From Candidatus Doudnabacteria bacterium RIFCSPHIGHO2_01_FULL_46_14 (GTDB lineage Bacteria > Patescibacteriota > Doudnabacteria > UBA920 > 2-01-FULL-46-14): a stretch of 64,000 nt of DNA. Both the position numbers and the translations under genes were made by a program. This document shows positions 63,200 through 64,000 of this stretch, piece after piece (positions within the stretch are counted from its first letter, which is position 1; each line of letters begins with the position of its first letter). The notes beneath the pieces are model-generated. The model saw nothing but the letters and a program-made list of their open reading frames with translations. It was not told the DNA's origin and made no database searches. The stretch spans positions 4,108 to 68,107 of the forward strand of contig MFEK01000007.1 of NCBI GenBank assembly GCA_001779925.1. The letters run 5' to 3'.

Positions 63200-64000
63200 T
63201 TATGGAGTAATGATGGTCGGACCACCGGGATTAGTGCCTCCAGGGCTTGGATTTGCTCCCGAAGGCGGCGCGCCAGGAACATTTCCGGGCGTTCCCGGTG
63301 CATTAGGTCCAGGTGTGGTCAATCCCGGCCCGCCGCCAGGAAATGTGGTAGTGCTTCGCGCTCCGCTGCCAAAACCCGTTGGAGGCGTGATTATTGGTTG
63401 CGCCGCACCTCCTCCCTGGCCTGCCCCGCTCCCTCCTCTGGCACTTCTTGGTTCCCCTGGCAGGTCGCTAATATTAATTCTTTCGATTGCTCCTTGGCCA
63501 GCAGAAGGAATCCCCTTAGCATCAAGATACTCATTAAAATTTGTAGCAAAATGACTGCGTTGTTCATAGGTGAATAAACGATCGCTTCCTGTTATGGCAT
63601 TGAACATTTTTCGGTTCAAGCGTGCAGTTGTTACCATCTTGTCCATGCCACGGATGTGCTGAGTCTGCTGCTCTTCTAATAATTCTTTCTTATGCGTGTC
63701 ACCACCGGACTTTGCCGTGATATCTATGTTCGTTTGTTTGACAATGTCATAATCAGGCAGTTCCCATTTACCTGTAGCAGAGTCCTGCAAAGCCCCGAAA
63801 CCCTGCAGTAAACGGCCCTGGCTTTCATGGATACGAGCGGTAATAGATTCGATGATGTTTGGCCCGACTTCATGGGTCAGCATTGAACCTAAAAGGTTCA
63901 TCCTAGTCCAGCCCTCATTTGGGTCCTGGTCGTCAATCACGGCTGCCTCAATATTTCTCGCATGCGTACCGGCATTGCCGCGCCGCAGCTTGATATGCGC
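63200..64000 (-). CDS. Hypothetical Gly/Pro-rich C-terminal protein, 5' end beyond the window
   Basis: The frame stays open upstream of the GTG at 63938 to the window edge; C-terminal GGGPGLTTPGPNAPGTPGNVPG repeats; stop overlaps the next gene start. Confidence 0.4.
   Translation of the reverse strand, partial: AHIKLRRGNAGTHARNIEAAVIDDQDPNEGWTRMNLLGSMLTHEVGPNIIESITARIHESQGRLLQGFGALQDSATGKWELPDYDIVKQTNIDITAKSGGDTHKKELLEEQQTQHIRGMDKMVTTARLNRKMFNAITGSDRLFTYEQRSHFATNFNEYLDAKGIPSAGQGAIERINISDLPGEPRSARGGSGAGQGGGAAQPIITPPTGFGSGARSTTTFPGGGPGLTTPGPNAPGTPGNVPGAPPSGANPSPGGTNPGGPTIITP

Overview
This 64 kb window looks like a chromosomal segment of a small-genome, CPR/Patescibacteria-like bacterium. That assignment is an inference from gene content: GatCAB, a minimal purine-interconversion set, multi-copy GxxExxY genes and very dense repeats. 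The segment is almost fully coding with housekeeping genes: rpsB-tsf, rpmE-prfA-prmC, guaB-add-guaA-purA, dnaE, thrS, miaA, gatCAB, clpC, comF, recG, ftsW/rodA, HU, L33 and L25. It also carries an HK-HK-RR two-component cluster, an ECF sigma/anti-sigma pair, a VapBC pair and an IS1595-family transposase. I read eight tRNAs (Trp, Thr-GGU, Thr-UGU, Tyr, Arg, Ser-GCU, Ser-UGA and one odd class II tRNA). The last 10 kb is a minus-strand operon with a VirB4/TraC-like ATPase and proline-rich proteins, which I interpret as a type IV secretion/conjugation-like locus. Three things stand out. (1) A family of GC-rich palindromic hairpin elements (CCCCTCCC...GGGAGGGG units) is scattered intergenically and also sits inside conserved genes (guaA, dnaE, recG, guaB, prmC, the miaA 3' end) without breaking the reading frame, much like Rickettsia palindromic elements. 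(2) A second family of palindromic elements is built from TACGAA(T) heptamers. Two copies carry a GxxExxY (PD-(D/E)XK-like) gene between their inverted repeats, and several empty copies fill intergenic gaps of the T4SS-like operon and other loci. (3) tRNA loci are disrupted in two ways. tRNA-Thr(GGU) is interrupted after the anticodon by a 188-nt group I-like intron. A degenerate GIY-YIG endonuclease gene sits between a duplicated tRNA-Ser 5' half and the intact tRNA-Ser(UGA), and a related 30-nt motif marks a partial duplication of the rpmG 3' end. I also note a conserved 5'-UTR inverted repeat that overlaps the ribosome-binding site of four small genes, an AT-rich palindrome present twice, and a T-box-like thrS leader. 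No CRISPR array was seen. All calls come from reading the sequence and the ORF translations; no database searches were run.
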